64,000 bases of DNA from contig CAJMOJ010000002.1 in assembly GCA_905215035.1 (NCBI GenBank), positions 4,077 to 68,076 of the forward strand, in the 5' to 3' direction. Positions 48,975 through 59,664 of the stretch are shown one piece after another (the first letter of the stretch is position 1; each line of letters begins with the position of its first letter). Source of the DNA: an uncultured bacterium. GTDB lineage: Bacteria > Actinomycetota > Coriobacteriia > Coriobacteriales > Eggerthellaceae. A program made the position numbers and the translations under genes. Under the pieces are notes generated by a model. It worked only from the letters and a program-made list of their open reading frames with translations. It was not told the origin of the DNA and did no database searches.

Positions 48975-50225
48975 TTACTGGCCTGAAAACGCTGTCAATA
49001 TCGTTTGGAGCTTCAGATTAGTTTCTTCATATTCGTCACGGGCACAGGATCCGTCAATAACACCGCACCCTGCATAGATCCAACCGCGTTCACCATCAAA
49101 GACGCCACTTCTAATAGCAACAACAAAAGATCCATCGCCTGATCCATCAATAAATCCAACTGCTCCACCAAAAAAGCCACGATTATACGACTCGACTTCT
49201 CGCAAGCACTTGAGCGCTTCCCCCACAGGAGCGCCAGCGAGCGCGGGAGTAGGATGCAGTTGTGATACGAGTGAAGGAAGCGTACGCCCGCTCATAATGC
49301 GCGCATGTACGGGCGTCATCAAGTGTTGCAACTGGCGCAATTCCACCACACATGGATTTTTAGGGATGTCCACGTCATAGCAATTTCGTCCAAACACTTC
49401 TCGCATAAAATGAACCACGTATTCGTGTTCACACCGATTTTTTGGATCCGCCATAAGCTGCTCTGCCAAAAGAAATGTTGTTTCAGCCGTATTGCCAGCA
49501 GCAGTTGTGCCAGCAAGACACATACTCTCAACCGCTGATCCTTGTTTTTCCACTAACAACTCTGGTGTGCATCCGCAGAAAAATACATCCCCGTAGCGAT
49601 ACATAAACACCGTTCCCTGTGCTGACCCATCAATCAAATTAATCAACACATCTTTAGACGAAAACGGTTCATGCGCTACCACTTCAACACGACGCGAAGG
49701 AACAATTTTGTCGATGCGTCCCGAGTGAATTGCCGCAAGCGACTTTTCAATCAGCGTCTCCCAATCAGAAAATTCATCATCGATTCGATCAAAAGCAATC
49801 GATTGTTGCTGCCTGGGCTGCGCTTCTTGAGCATGACGACAAAACCGCGCAACGCGCCCTTCATAAACAGGTCCCAAACTATTTACTTGAAGATAGACCC
49901 CTGTCTCATCTTCTAACAGCACCAACTCTGGAAGCATAAAACGCAAGTTTGGGAAAGCCTGCATCATCTCATCAGCAGGCTTAGGATTATCTGCATCAAA
50001 ACGAGAAAAGGAGAAGAATACGGGTGGTTTTTCAATTGCTCCCTGCAAAACCTGGTCAGCATCATTCAAGGACGTTAACGCAATGCAGCGACCAAGGCCC
50101 ATCGCACGTCGTGGTTTCTGTTTATCGTAATAAACGAACTGATCCGTAAAACCTTTTTGGAGTGTGCAAAACGCATCCACTATATCTGCCTGCAAAGCAA
50201 CGGTATGTGAAAAGACTTTAGTCAT
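48975..50225 (-). CDS. menF: Isochorismate synthase
   Basis: KIVPSR, TPELL, LAGT, KNRCEH, LHPTPA, AIRS, YAGCG; first gene of the men cluster. Confidence 0.92.
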   Translation of the reverse strand: MTKVFSHTVALQADIVDAFCTLQKGFTDQFVYYDKQKPRRAMGLGRCIALTSLNDADQVLQGAIEKPPVFFSFSRFDADNPKPADEMMQAFPNLRFMLPELVLLEDETGVYLQVNSLGPVYEGRVARFCRHAQEAQPRQQQSIAFDRIDDEFSDWETLIEKSLAAIHSGRIDKIVPSRRVEVVAHEPFSSKDVLINLIDGSAQGTVFMYRYGDVFFCGCTPELLVEKQGSAVESMCLAGTTAAGNTAETTFLLAEQLMADPKNRCEHEYVVHFMREVFGRNCYDVDIPKNPCVVELRQLQHLMTPVHARIMSGRTLPSLVSQLHPTPALAGAPVGEALKCLREVESYNRGFFGGAVGFIDGSGDGSFVVAIRSGVFDGERGWIYAGCGVIDGSCARDEYEETNLKLQTILTAFSGQ

Positions 50226-50341
50226 AGCGTCTCATACCATCCTTACTGTGCAACCAGCGCCTACTATCTTGATGTTCGTATTACTACTTACCACTCGAAT
50301 AGCAAGCGCGCCACTCATATACCTACGATCCGTACCGTTAC

Positions 50342-51283
50342 TTACGAAAGCAACTTAGACTGATCCCAAAGCGCTTGAAGCTCTTCTGTGGAAAGGTCTT
50401 CAATACGACATCCCATACCGTAAGCAACACCCTCCATGAAGGCCCAGCGCGTACGGAATTTTTTACAGGTTGCCCGCAACGCACTTTCTGCGTCAATCCC
50501 CATTTTGCGCCCTACATTTACTAGACTAAAAAGTACATCTCCAAGCTCAAGCTCAACATCGTGCGCATCGGTCGAATTTTGTTCCACCTTACCCTTTGTA
50601 TCTTTAGGTGCACGTGCATAGGCTTCTTTAAGCTCTTGAATTTCTTCAGCAACTTGCTCCCACACTGCATCAAGCGTTTCCCATTCAAACCCAGCAGAAA
50701 CCGCTTTGCGCGAAATCTTTTGTGCCTGCATAAGAGCTGGAAATGACGTAGGAACGCTCGCGAGAAGTCCCGCGGGCTCAGTTGCATCTAGCGAGGAACT
50801 CGATGCGTCTTGTTTAGCGCGCTCGTCATTGAGTTTGACCTGATCCCAAAGAGCCAACACTTCACTTGCATTTGCTGCTTGCGCATCGCCAAATACATGA
50901 GGATGACGATGAATCATTTTGGCATTAACATCGCGTACCACATCAGTAATGGTGAACTCATGAGCATCTGCTGCAATTTGGGATTGCAGCACAACCTGCA
51001 AAAGCACATCGCCCAACTCTTCACGTAAATGATCCCAATTGGAAGCTTCGATGGTATCAAGAGCCTCGTACGCCTCTTCAATCATATTTTTGGCAATGCT
51101 TTGATGAGTTTGCTCTCTATCCCAGGGGCATCCGTGCGGCGCGCGCAGCGTTGCAATGGTATCAACAAATTCGCCAAATGCTGGGGCAGCACTTTCTGCG
51201 TACGAACATCCTTGCTCTTCATGTGCGTGCGCGTCTAATGGTTGTACGTTTGGCTCTGTTGCACTCATAGTGATCGTATCCAT
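50342..51283 (-). CDS. mazG: Nucleoside triphosphate pyrophosphohydrolase
   Basis: GCPWDREQT, EEAYE, EELGDVLLQ, HRHPHVF, second ELGD domain. Confidence 0.95.
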   Translation of the reverse strand: MDTITMSATEPNVQPLDAHAHEEQGCSYAESAAPAFGEFVDTIATLRAPHGCPWDREQTHQSIAKNMIEEAYEALDTIEASNWDHLREELGDVLLQVVLQSQIAADAHEFTITDVVRDVNAKMIHRHPHVFGDAQAANASEVLALWDQVKLNDERAKQDASSSSLDATEPAGLLASVPTSFPALMQAQKISRKAVSAGFEWETLDAVWEQVAEEIQELKEAYARAPKDTKGKVEQNSTDAHDVELELGDVLFSLVNVGRKMGIDAESALRATCKKFRTRWAFMEGVAYGMGCRIEDLSTEELQALWDQSKLLS

Positions 51284-51300
51284 GACTACTACACTGTCAA

Positions 51301-51570
51301 TTAGATCTTGTACATGAATTGGAATACATCCTCACGCTGAATAATAACTTGGACACCCAGGCTCTCTCCCGCCAATGTCAAGGCTTCCTGTACCGCATTA
51401 AAATCAGCAATCTCAGGATTTAAGCGCACTAACATGGTCATTGAAAAGATATCATCAAGAATAGTTTGAGAAATATCATCAATATTGGCGCCCTTTTCTG
51501 CTAATACCCCTGATATCGCAGCAACAATACCTGCTCTATCTTTTCCCAAAACAGAAATTACGCAACGCAT
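51301..51570 (-). CDS. ACT domain protein (UPF0237-like)
   Basis: VISVLGKDRAGIVA..NIDDISQTI..QREDVFQFMYKI; ATG 51570 after AAGGA. Confidence 0.9.
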   Translation of the reverse strand: MRCVISVLGKDRAGIVAAISGVLAEKGANIDDISQTILDDIFSMTMLVRLNPEIADFNAVQEALTLAGESLGVQVIIQREDVFQFMYKI

Positions 51571-51592
51571 AGTAGATTTCCTTTCCTTTGTT

Positions 51593-52168
51593 TTACTTGT
51601 TGTTGAGCAACAAAGAAAGCGCCTCTGCCTTAGTTGCTGCATTCTTTCTAAATACTCCCCGGGTGGCGCTTGTTGTAGTTTTGGCACCCGCTTTTTTCAC
51701 CCCGCGCATAGACATACAGAGATGCTCTGCCTCCATGACTACTAACACCCCTTGCGGATTTAATTCTTGCACCAAGGTGTCAGCCACTTGAGACGTTAAT
51801 CGCTCTTGCACCTGAGGACGACGAGCAAATACATCAACTAAGCGTGCCAATTTAGAGATTCCACAAATACGTCCATCGCTTGCTGGAATATAGGCAACAT
51901 GAGCCTTACCAAAAAAAGGAGCTAAGTGATGTTCACACAAGGAATAAAACGGGATGTCATGTACGATAACAAGCTCTTCATGATGCTCATCAAAAGTTGT
52001 CTCAAAATGCACGGCGGGATCTTCATAAAGACCAGCACAACACTCTTCATACATACGTGCAACACGCGCTGGTGTTTTTTGTAGTCCCTCTCGATCCGGG
52101 TCCTCTCCAATACCCTCTAAAATCAGGCGAACGCCTTCTTCTATTTTTTTAAGGTCCATAGCGCTCAT
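51593..52168 (-). CDS. folE: GTP cyclohydrolase I
   Basis: [35 protein letters not shown]. Confidence 0.96.
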   Translation of the reverse strand: MSAMDLKKIEEGVRLILEGIGEDPDREGLQKTPARVARMYEECCAGLYEDPAVHFETTFDEHHEELVIVHDIPFYSLCEHHLAPFFGKAHVAYIPASDGRICGISKLARLVDVFARRPQVQERLTSQVADTLVQELNPQGVLVVMEAEHLCMSMRGVKKAGAKTTTSATRGVFRKNAATKAEALSLLLNNK

Positions 52169-52328
52169 ACTTACTTACAACTTTCTATTTCTCTTCGTCT
52201 GTCTCTCGTAGCTTTGCTTCTTGCAGCTCTACGTCTCGTAGTTTTGTTGTTTCCTGTAATTAACGTGTCTCTCCCGCGCTGCTTCTCACCACGGTGGCAT
52301 CACGCATAATTGCCCCATCTATACCATC

Positions 52329-53114
52329 CTAAACATCAAGCTCAAGAGAAATAGGACAGTGATCTGATCCCATAATTTCAGGCCAGATATGCGCCATAAC
52401 CACTTTAGGGAACAACGCCTGCGAAACTAAAAAGTAGTCGATACGCCATCCCGCGTTATTAGCGCGTGCATTAAAGCGATAGCTCCACCAGGTATAGCAC
52501 CCGATCGTTTCAGGATGTAGTGCACGCCATGTATCAACAAATCCCCCCTCAAGCAAATCAGTAAAATCCGCCCGCTCCTCATCAGAAAAACCGGGATTTC
52601 CTACATTAGTGAGGGGATTTTTGAGATCAATCTCTGTATGAGCAACATTAAAATCACCGCACATGACAACGGGCTTAGCGGCAAGTGTCTCACCATGAGG
52701 CCCCACACCCTGTTCAAGATTGAGGCAAAACTCTTTAAACGCCTTATCCCATGCCATACGATGATCAAGACGCGCTAATTCATTTTGCGCGTTGGGAGTA
52801 TAGACATTTACAAACCAAAATGCCTCAAATTCGAGCGCAACTATGCGTCCTTCCGTATCAAGTTCAGGAATACCTACCGTATTAATCTGCGTACGTGCTG
52901 GCTGCTTTGAGAATACTGCGGTACCAGAATAACCTTTACGCTCAGCATAATTCCAATACTGATAATAACCGGGCAAATCAAGCTCAATCTGCCCGGCTTG
53001 CAATTTTGTTTCTTGTACTGCAAACACGTCAGCATCGAGCTCGGCAAAAATATCCATAAAGCCCTTTTTGACGCTTGCACGCAAGCCGTTAACATTCCAA
53101 GAAACTAATCGCAT
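52329..53114 (-). CDS. xth: Exodeoxyribonuclease III
   Basis: SWNVNG, QETK, GYSG, CGDFNVAH, GWRIDY, SDHCP. Confidence 0.96.
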   Translation of the reverse strand: MRLVSWNVNGLRASVKKGFMDIFAELDADVFAVQETKLQAGQIELDLPGYYQYWNYAERKGYSGTAVFSKQPARTQINTVGIPELDTEGRIVALEFEAFWFVNVYTPNAQNELARLDHRMAWDKAFKEFCLNLEQGVGPHGETLAAKPVVMCGDFNVAHTEIDLKNPLTNVGNPGFSDEERADFTDLLEGGFVDTWRALHPETIGCYTWWSYRFNARANNAGWRIDYFLVSQALFPKVVMAHIWPEIMGSDHCPISLELDV

Positions 53115-53164
53115 ACTTTGATAGACCTCTAAAGTAAATCCACGAAATTATGTTCAGATACGTC

Positions 53165-53728
53165 TTACTGCTTTTTCTTCTTTTTGCGATTGGACTGAAA
53201 GTATGCACGCTCTTTAGCGGGCTTTACTCGTTTCATATCAACAAAAATACCCAGCATAAAGAATGCCCATGCCGCAAAGCCGCAAACCAATGCAATAGAA
53301 GGATTGCTATCAGGAATAGCAAAGTTGAAAATCAACATAACCGCAGCAAGAATAAGACCAATAATCATGCATGCTGCCCAAACACGACGCCATTTATGGT
53401 ATGCCGGCGTATCAGCCCTGAAAGCACGGATCGCATCACGCAATTCAAATTCCGCATTCTTTTCTGCATCACGCTCTGCGCGCGTTTTTTTCTTTTGCGC
53501 TGCGCGCTCTTGCGGCGTCATATTTTGTTGAGCCTTTTTCTTGCTCTTGCTTGTTTGCTCTTGTTTGCTTTTGCCGCCAAACATACCCTTCTTAGGCTTT
53601 GCCGATGGGTCAACCACATAAACCGAAGAAGCCGCTTTGTTCTTGGGCTTAGCTGATGCAGCGCTTTTGCGGGTATGTCCAACTGGTCCATTTTGCGTGC
53701 GTTCGTTCATAGCGTTGCGCATGGTCAT
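53165..53728 (-). CDS. Basic hypothetical membrane protein with two TM helices
   Basis: Lys-rich N-terminus, two hydrophobic segments; AGGAG RBS. Confidence 0.8.
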   Translation of the reverse strand: MTMRNAMNERTQNGPVGHTRKSAASAKPKNKAASSVYVVDPSAKPKKGMFGGKSKQEQTSKSKKKAQQNMTPQERAAQKKKTRAERDAEKNAEFELRDAIRAFRADTPAYHKWRRVWAACMIIGLILAAVMLIFNFAIPDSNPSIALVCGFAAWAFFMLGIFVDMKRVKPAKERAYFQSNRKKKKKQ

Positions 53729-53804
53729 AGTACAAATACTCCTATCGTATGAGATGAGGGGCTCTACGCGGGCTTAACTGTCTACCAACAAAGATACATC
53801 AGGC

Positions 53805-54677
53805 TTATTTCTCAAACGGCTTACCCGTAATAAGCTCATAGGCCTGAATATATTTCTCACTTGTTTTATCAATAACGTCCTGTGGTAAACGAGGAGGATT
53901 GCCTTGGCGATCCCAATTCTCATTGAGCCAATTGCGAACAAATTGCTTATCGAAAGAAGGTTGCTCCTTGCCTACTTCGTAGGTATCAACGGCCCAAAAA
54001 CGAGATGAATCAGGAGTCAAAACCTCATCGCCCAAAATAATCTTACCGTCAACAACACCAAACTCAAGCTTGGTATCAGCAATAATAATGCCACGCTCAC
54101 GAGCATGATCTGCTGCAGTCTCGTAAATCTTGAGCGTAAGATCCTTGATGGCTTGCGCATTGTCAGCGCCAATCAACGCAACCGTCTGATCAAAGCTGAT
54201 GTTCTCATCATGATCCCCAATTTCAGCCTTAGTTGAAGGAGTGAAAAGCGTTTCAGGAAGCTTAGAGGAATTTACCAATCCCTCAGGAAGCGCAATGCCG
54301 CACAGGGAGCCAGTTGCTTGATAGTCCTTTAGACCAGAACCAGTCAAATAGCCACGCACAATACACTCAACAGGGAACATTTCCGCTTTTTTGACCAACA
54401 TAAAACGGCCACGCAAGTAATCTGCATAAGGTTGGAATTGCTCAGGAAGATCAGCCACATCGGCAGAAATGAGATGATTTTCTACAACATCTGAAAGAAG
54501 ATCAAACCAAAACAAAGAAAGCTGCGTCAATACTTGCCCTTTGTAGGGGATCTCATCATCCAAAATATAATCGAATGCACTGATGCGATCCGTGGTAACT
54601 AATAAAAGCTTGTCACCCAAATCATAAATATCACGTACTTTACCTTGATAATCAGGCTTGATATCAATTCCTGCCAT
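53805..54677 (-). CDS. purC: SAICAR synthetase
   Basis: GKVRDIY, DRISAFD, ECIVRGY, PSTKA, ADTKLEFG, DEVLTPDSSRFW. Confidence 0.97.
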   Translation of the reverse strand: MAGIDIKPDYQGKVRDIYDLGDKLLLVTTDRISAFDYILDDEIPYKGQVLTQLSLFWFDLLSDVVENHLISADVADLPEQFQPYADYLRGRFMLVKKAEMFPVECIVRGYLTGSGLKDYQATGSLCGIALPEGLVNSSKLPETLFTPSTKAEIGDHDENISFDQTVALIGADNAQAIKDLTLKIYETAADHARERGIIIADTKLEFGVVDGKIILGDEVLTPDSSRFWAVDTYEVGKEQPSFDKQFVRNWLNENWDRQGNPPRLPQDVIDKTSEKYIQAYELITGKPFEK

Positions 54678-54708
54678 GAATGGACCTTTCTATGCTGTCA
54701 CAAATTTT

Positions 54709-54750
54709 CAAGGCGTATGAACTCTCTCTATTGGGCGATCATATGCCTTG
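54709..54750 (-). promoter_or_regulatory. Stem-loop just upstream of the purC RBS
   Basis: CAAGGCGTATGA / TCATATGCCTTG, 11 of 12 positions complementary. Confidence 0.45.
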
Positions 54751-54982
54751 CAAGGCGTAATTTACCACAAATATCTATTATGAATCACCGTTAGACACAA
54801 TAGACCGAGATTTATCATGTTTTAGGGTCGCACGCCTTTTTTTGGCGTCGTTTGCCTGTCTATAAGAATGCTCTCATGAATGCTTTATCACATAAGCGGA
54901 TAAACGTATCTGCAGCACTCGTCTAAACGACAGCACTTACCTAAACGACGCTACATCATTTCAAGCGGTATAAGAGATATAT

Positions 54983-56692
54983 CTATGAATTTTTATTGCG
55001 CGTGCTATTACGAGAAGCAGTACGTGAGACACTCCATGATCCTGTTTTAGAAGCATTTCGAGCGGCTGCTCGAGAACCTTTTCTATAACGATGAGACGAT
55101 GTTGGCTCACGATACAGAGGAATATAGATCGTAAAGGTGGATCCTACATTAGGCTTACCCTCAACATGCACCCAACCATTATGTCTATCAACAATCTCTT
55201 TTACCACCGAAAGCCCAATGCCAAGACCGCCCGAGTCGCGTGCACGTCCTTTATCAGCACGCCAAAAACGGGAGAACACCATTTTTGCCTCTTCAGGTGT
55301 AAGGCCAATACCCGTATCTTGAACACTAATCTGTCCCATAATGTCGCCCTTTTTAACCGACACCGTAATAGTGCCTCCCTCAGGGGTGTAGCGCACTGCA
55401 TTTGAAATCAAATTGGCCGTTGCTTGACGCAGCATATCCTTGTTACCTAATACATAAACATGTGGGTCGTGGTTAAAAATCAGGTGCAGACCAGCGTCTT
55501 CAACATATTGCTCATGTGTGGCGATGATTGTCTCGAGCAGTTCTGAAACATCAACCTTAGTGAGCTCAACTGGATTAGAACGATTTTCCAAACGAGAAAG
55601 CTTGAGAAGCCCATTTACCAAACGCGACAAGCGGCGAATCTCTGAGTTAAGTGTTTCCAATCGCTCCTCATCAGGCTCAAAAACCCCATCGATCATAGCC
55701 TCTACAGTCGATTGAATTGCCATAAGCGGCGTGCGCAACTCATGCGCAACATCAGTTACCAAACGGCGCTCAAGCTGACGATTGGCCTCGATGGAATCTG
55801 CCATTGAGTCAAACGTTTTACCTAAGCGGGCAACCTCGTCAGTTCCTTCAACATGCGCACGAGCCTGATAATTGCCTTCTTTGATCTCATTTGCTGCATC
55901 AGCAATTTTATTAATAGGACGAACCAAAGCCCGAGCAAAGAAAAATCCAACAATGATGGCGATTATGACCGCTGCGATTGATGCATATACAACCGCGCTA
56001 TATGATTCTGTTCTGAACGCCTCATCTGCCTGCGTTAAAAGTGTATTTGAACCATACACTCGGATATAGACTGTTCCAATCTGATCTGAACCGACCATGA
56101 TAGGAGCACTGGCCGAGTTTTGGGCAGAAGGGCGCGCCTGAAATGGTGGATCTCCTAAGTTACGTGCAGTGTCGTCATAGAGTACGACTCCCTGATTATT
56201 AACGACTTGGATCGAGACCGCTTCATTAACCGCGCTTGCAGCAGCGGCAGCAGCAAGCGTACCAGAATACCAATCGCCTTGAAACGATACATAGTTTTCT
56301 GCAATCGAGTTTGCTGTTGCATTGGCCAAACGTTGCATGTTTTCACGCGTGTAATTCTGAAAGTGGTCGCCCCATACAAACGAAAGAACACCCACCTCAA
56401 TAATGAGCGTCATAATTGCCACAGCCGCAAACGCAAAAGCAACTTTCACCGTATATGAACGTCGAGAAGCACGTTCACGTAAGGAAACATTTGGCTTGTG
56501 CGATGGTGCATCTTGATAAGAAGATGGTGGCACGCCATCAGCTATACCACCATCATGAACAGAAGCAGAGGCAGAGGTATCGCCCTCTTGCGTACTTCCT
56601 TGAGCAGGAACATACGCAGAAGCGTCACTATACTTTTTTGATTCTTCTGCTTCTTGGGTGTTTGATGTTGTATGTGTTGTTATATCAGCCAT
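54983..56692 (-). CDS. HAMP-domain sensor histidine kinase
   Basis: Two TM helices, HAMP, VAHELRTPL, NLISNAVRY, DTGIG, GLGIGL. Confidence 0.95.
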   Translation of the reverse strand: MADITTHTTSNTQEAEESKKYSDASAYVPAQGSTQEGDTSASASVHDGGIADGVPPSSYQDAPSHKPNVSLRERASRRSYTVKVAFAFAAVAIMTLIIEVGVLSFVWGDHFQNYTRENMQRLANATANSIAENYVSFQGDWYSGTLAAAAAASAVNEAVSIQVVNNQGVVLYDDTARNLGDPPFQARPSAQNSASAPIMVGSDQIGTVYIRVYGSNTLLTQADEAFRTESYSAVVYASIAAVIIAIIVGFFFARALVRPINKIADAANEIKEGNYQARAHVEGTDEVARLGKTFDSMADSIEANRQLERRLVTDVAHELRTPLMAIQSTVEAMIDGVFEPDEERLETLNSEIRRLSRLVNGLLKLSRLENRSNPVELTKVDVSELLETIIATHEQYVEDAGLHLIFNHDPHVYVLGNKDMLRQATANLISNAVRYTPEGGTITVSVKKGDIMGQISVQDTGIGLTPEEAKMVFSRFWRADKGRARDSGGLGIGLSVVKEIVDRHNGWVHVEGKPNVGSTFTIYIPLYREPTSSHRYRKGSRAAARNASKTGSWSVSRTASRNSTRNKNS

Positions 56693-56741
56693 GCCACCTT
56701 AAAAAACTACGTTCAAAAACAGTTCTAACGCTCTAACCTAT

Positions 56742-56773
56742 CTGGTTATGTACCTGGTTATGTACCTGGTTAT
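56742..56773. repeat. 12-bp tandem repeat, about 2.7 copies
   Basis: CTGGTTATGTAC units. Confidence 0.75.
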
Positions 56774-56831
56774 TTTTGCCGGATTGTTTTTGCTAAGTTG
56801 TTTTTATTGAGCCATTTTTTGTCCCATTTTT

Positions 56832-57542
56832 CTAATTATTTTTTGTTGGATCCTCGAATCGATATCCCACTCCATGAACCGTATGGAGCCAAAGAGGATC
56901 ACGGGGATTGTCGCCCAGTTTAGCACGCAGATTTTTAATATGAGAGTCAATGGTGCGCTCATATCCCTCAAAATCATATCCCAGCACTTTTTCTACCAAC
57001 TCCATGCGAGAATAGACGCGTCCGGGATAGCGACACAAGGTGGTCAAAAGTTTGAATTCGGATGCCGTTAAGTCAACCTCTTCTCCTTTAACCAAAATCT
57101 TGTGGCCTGAGATATCGATAACCAAATCTCCAAATTCAAGCACTTCACGCTGTGGCTCAGCCTCAGAATGAACACGACGCAACAAGGCGCGTACACGTGC
57201 CACCAACTCACGGGGACTAAATGGCTTCACCAAGTAGTCGTCAGCACCTAATTCAAGACCAATAATTCGATCTTCAACCTCACCTTTTGCCGTTAACATA
57301 ATGATAGGAACATCAGAATTGTCGCGAATCACACGACACACACGCTCACCAGGAACACGTGGCAGCATCAAATCAAGAATAACGAGATCAAAATGATGAC
57401 GCGAAAACTCTTCAAGCGCCTCTTGCCCATCGCCTACTGCCGTAACCCAGTAGCTTTCCTTTTCTAAATATGCAGCAACAGCATCACGAATGACCTTCTC
57501 ATCTTCAACCAGTAAAATACGTCGAGTATCTCCATTAGCCAT
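56832..57542 (-). CDS. OmpR/PhoB-family response regulator
   Basis: LVEDE, LDLMLP, GADDYLVKPF, IDSHIKNLR, TVHGVGY; ATG 57542. Confidence 0.96.
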   Translation of the reverse strand: MANGDTRRILLVEDEKVIRDAVAAYLEKESYWVTAVGDGQEALEEFSRHHFDLVILDLMLPRVPGERVCRVIRDNSDVPIIMLTAKGEVEDRIIGLELGADDYLVKPFSPRELVARVRALLRRVHSEAEPQREVLEFGDLVIDISGHKILVKGEEVDLTASEFKLLTTLCRYPGRVYSRMELVEKVLGYDFEGYERTIDSHIKNLRAKLGDNPRDPLWLHTVHGVGYRFEDPTKNN

Positions 57543-57816
57543 TTCGTTTCTCACTTCCTTAAATATATGCCCGTCAGACAAACCACTTCCCAAGCGCCCA
57601 GCATTTCCCGTAATACGCCCATAAACCTCTCGGATTCCCTGCGATTCCTCACACTGGGCCTCTACAGATCAATCTAGCTCTCTTGGGAGTGTTCTACTCG
57701 TATGCGTAGTATTTGGGATTATTGTAACAATTGACGTTTAAGCAAACTCTATCGCCACGTAAATGTCACAATACCTTTTACTACTGTTTACGTATTGACA
57801 AGGAGATCACCCACCC

Positions 57817-59430
57817 GTGCCTGGCAGCTCTCACAACTCATCACCTAAACAACCAACTCCTCGCAAACGTGCTCGAGCGCCGCGCAAATCAGGCGCCAAA
57901 GATCGTGCGTCCCATGGTTTTGGCACCACGCTAGGCGGATCAAGCTCTCCTTCTACAAAAACGTCATTTAGCTCAAAGCGTCCTCAGGGATTTTCCACCA
58001 GCGCTGCAAATCACTCTTCCTTTGCACAAGGATCTCGTAAAATGCGATCCTCTAGAAATAGAACACTCAATGGGTCTTTGAGCGAAACCACGCTTGGAAA
58101 TCATGAAGGGGGATTTAGCGGTGGTTCTCATACGTCAGGATTTGGCAAAGGACCCCTTCTTACCCGTCGTAATGTTTTGATTGGCGCAGGAGTACTAGGC
58201 GGAGCTGCACTTGTTGGTGCCGGTGGAGCCTACGCCGCCGGCGTCTTTGATTCCGATGAACCCACCGTGCAAGGCATCTCAGTTCCTGAGTCCGCTGTCA
58301 CTAATCTGGACAATTTAACTGAAACCAATTTTGCTGACCATATGCGCATGACAGCATCATACAAGTTGCCTGCTGGCTCGCTTCTTTGGGCCGACAATGA
58401 CACGCTTGCTGCCTGCCTTATTCCAACCGGTGCGGTGTCACCGCTGCATCGCATTGGACTACTCTATTTTTCTTCCGGCAACCTTCCCACCGTCTTGTCT
58501 ACCCCGCAGGGCGCCCAAGAAGGGTATGAATTCATGGAAGTGCGTGCGAGCGAATCGGGCATTATTTGGGTTGAATCCAATATGTTTGAAAAGACGTGGC
58601 GCGTATACACAGCACGGGTAAGCAATGCGCAAACATCTGCAATTACGCTTGTCGATGAGGGCGATGAGGCTTGGCTTACGCCTTCGATTGCTATATGCGA
58701 TGATCGCGCATTCTGGCAAGTTATGCCTAACACAGAAGGTTCGCAGGCTAAATCAGGATCTGCTGTTAAAACAACCACACTCGGATCTGACGCAGTCGAT
58801 GTTGCTTGGGAATCTAATAAAGCGTTCGCAACACGTATTACCGGTGTTGGCGATGGGGTTGTTATCACTCCGCGTGCAGCATCCACAAACATGTATTACC
58901 AGCTCACCAAGCTCTCAGGCAAAGACGCATCAATGATAGACCAGATGACGCTTCCTTCCGCTATGACGCCATCTCTAGCAAGTTATGGTAAAACTGGTTT
59001 TAGCTTTTGCTTTGCTGACATCTATAACTATGGTGGCGGTATCTCTAACTTGGGAACGTATACCCCCCTTGTTGAGCACGCTGCTTTTGAATACAACAAT
59101 CTCGATTGGTTTAGATTTGGTAGAACGCCATCAGCTAATCCTTCTTGGTGTGGCGCTTACTTCATGGTGAAATCAACACGGGCTATTGCCGGCATTTCCT
59201 TCACTGACAATACCTATTTTATGATAGAGGCGCCTTCTAACACTGATACCTACGGAGAGTATCTTGTCTCATCAGGTATTCGCAAGCATGTTGTGGGTGT
59301 TTCTACTATCACGCCCACAGGTTATACTCCCACCGTGGCAACTGATACAGGATTACCAAGCGCATCGTCTTCTAACTTAGTATCAGGAGAAGGAATCCAC
59401 ACACTCGTTCGCGTTTTTGTCGCGCAATAA
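57817..59430 (+). CDS. Hypothetical protein with a twin-arginine motif after a long basic disordered N-terminus
   Basis: LTRRNVLIGAG followed by a hydrophobic stretch; AAGGAG RBS before GTG. Confidence 0.75.
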   Translation: MPGSSHNSSPKQPTPRKRARAPRKSGAKDRASHGFGTTLGGSSSPSTKTSFSSKRPQGFSTSAANHSSFAQGSRKMRSSRNRTLNGSLSETTLGNHEGGFSGGSHTSGFGKGPLLTRRNVLIGAGVLGGAALVGAGGAYAAGVFDSDEPTVQGISVPESAVTNLDNLTETNFADHMRMTASYKLPAGSLLWADNDTLAACLIPTGAVSPLHRIGLLYFSSGNLPTVLSTPQGAQEGYEFMEVRASESGIIWVESNMFEKTWRVYTARVSNAQTSAITLVDEGDEAWLTPSIAICDDRAFWQVMPNTEGSQAKSGSAVKTTTLGSDAVDVAWESNKAFATRITGVGDGVVITPRAASTNMYYQLTKLSGKDASMIDQMTLPSAMTPSLASYGKTGFSFCFADIYNYGGGISNLGTYTPLVEHAAFEYNNLDWFRFGRTPSANPSWCGAYFMVKSTRAIAGISFTDNTYFMIEAPSNTDTYGEYLVSSGIRKHVVGVSTITPTGYTPTVATDTGLPSASSSNLVSGEGIHTLVRVFVAQ

Positions 59431-59435
59431 CTTTT

Positions 59436-59570
59436 CCTGCTGTACACGTTTTTTGCTGTAGATGTTCTTACCGCAGGCTTTTACTGTAGACGTTTTGCTG
59501 TAGATGTTCTTGCCCCAGGCGCTTTGCTGTACGCATTTTTCTGCAGGCGCTTTGCTGTACGAACTTCTTT
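59436..59570. repeat. Degenerate tandem repeats with a TTTGCTGTA core
   Basis: About eight 13-16 bp variants between convergent genes. Confidence 0.7.
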
Positions 59571-59574
59571 GCAT

Positions 59575-59606
59575 AAAAATAGGGTGCTACCTGGGGTAAC
59601 ACCCTA
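59575..59606 (-). terminator. Probable purB terminator
   Basis: TAGGGTG.TACC / GGTA.CACCCTA stem with a T-run on the minus strand. Confidence 0.65.
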
Positions 59607-59664
59607 AATCGGACACATTTTTGCCCTATAACCTTATGTTTCCACACGCTCGAGATTCTCAGAA

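Noticed and set aside
54678..54980. ZTP (pfl) or purine riboswitch upstream of purC
   Set aside because: Consensus elements not found; only a simple hairpin.
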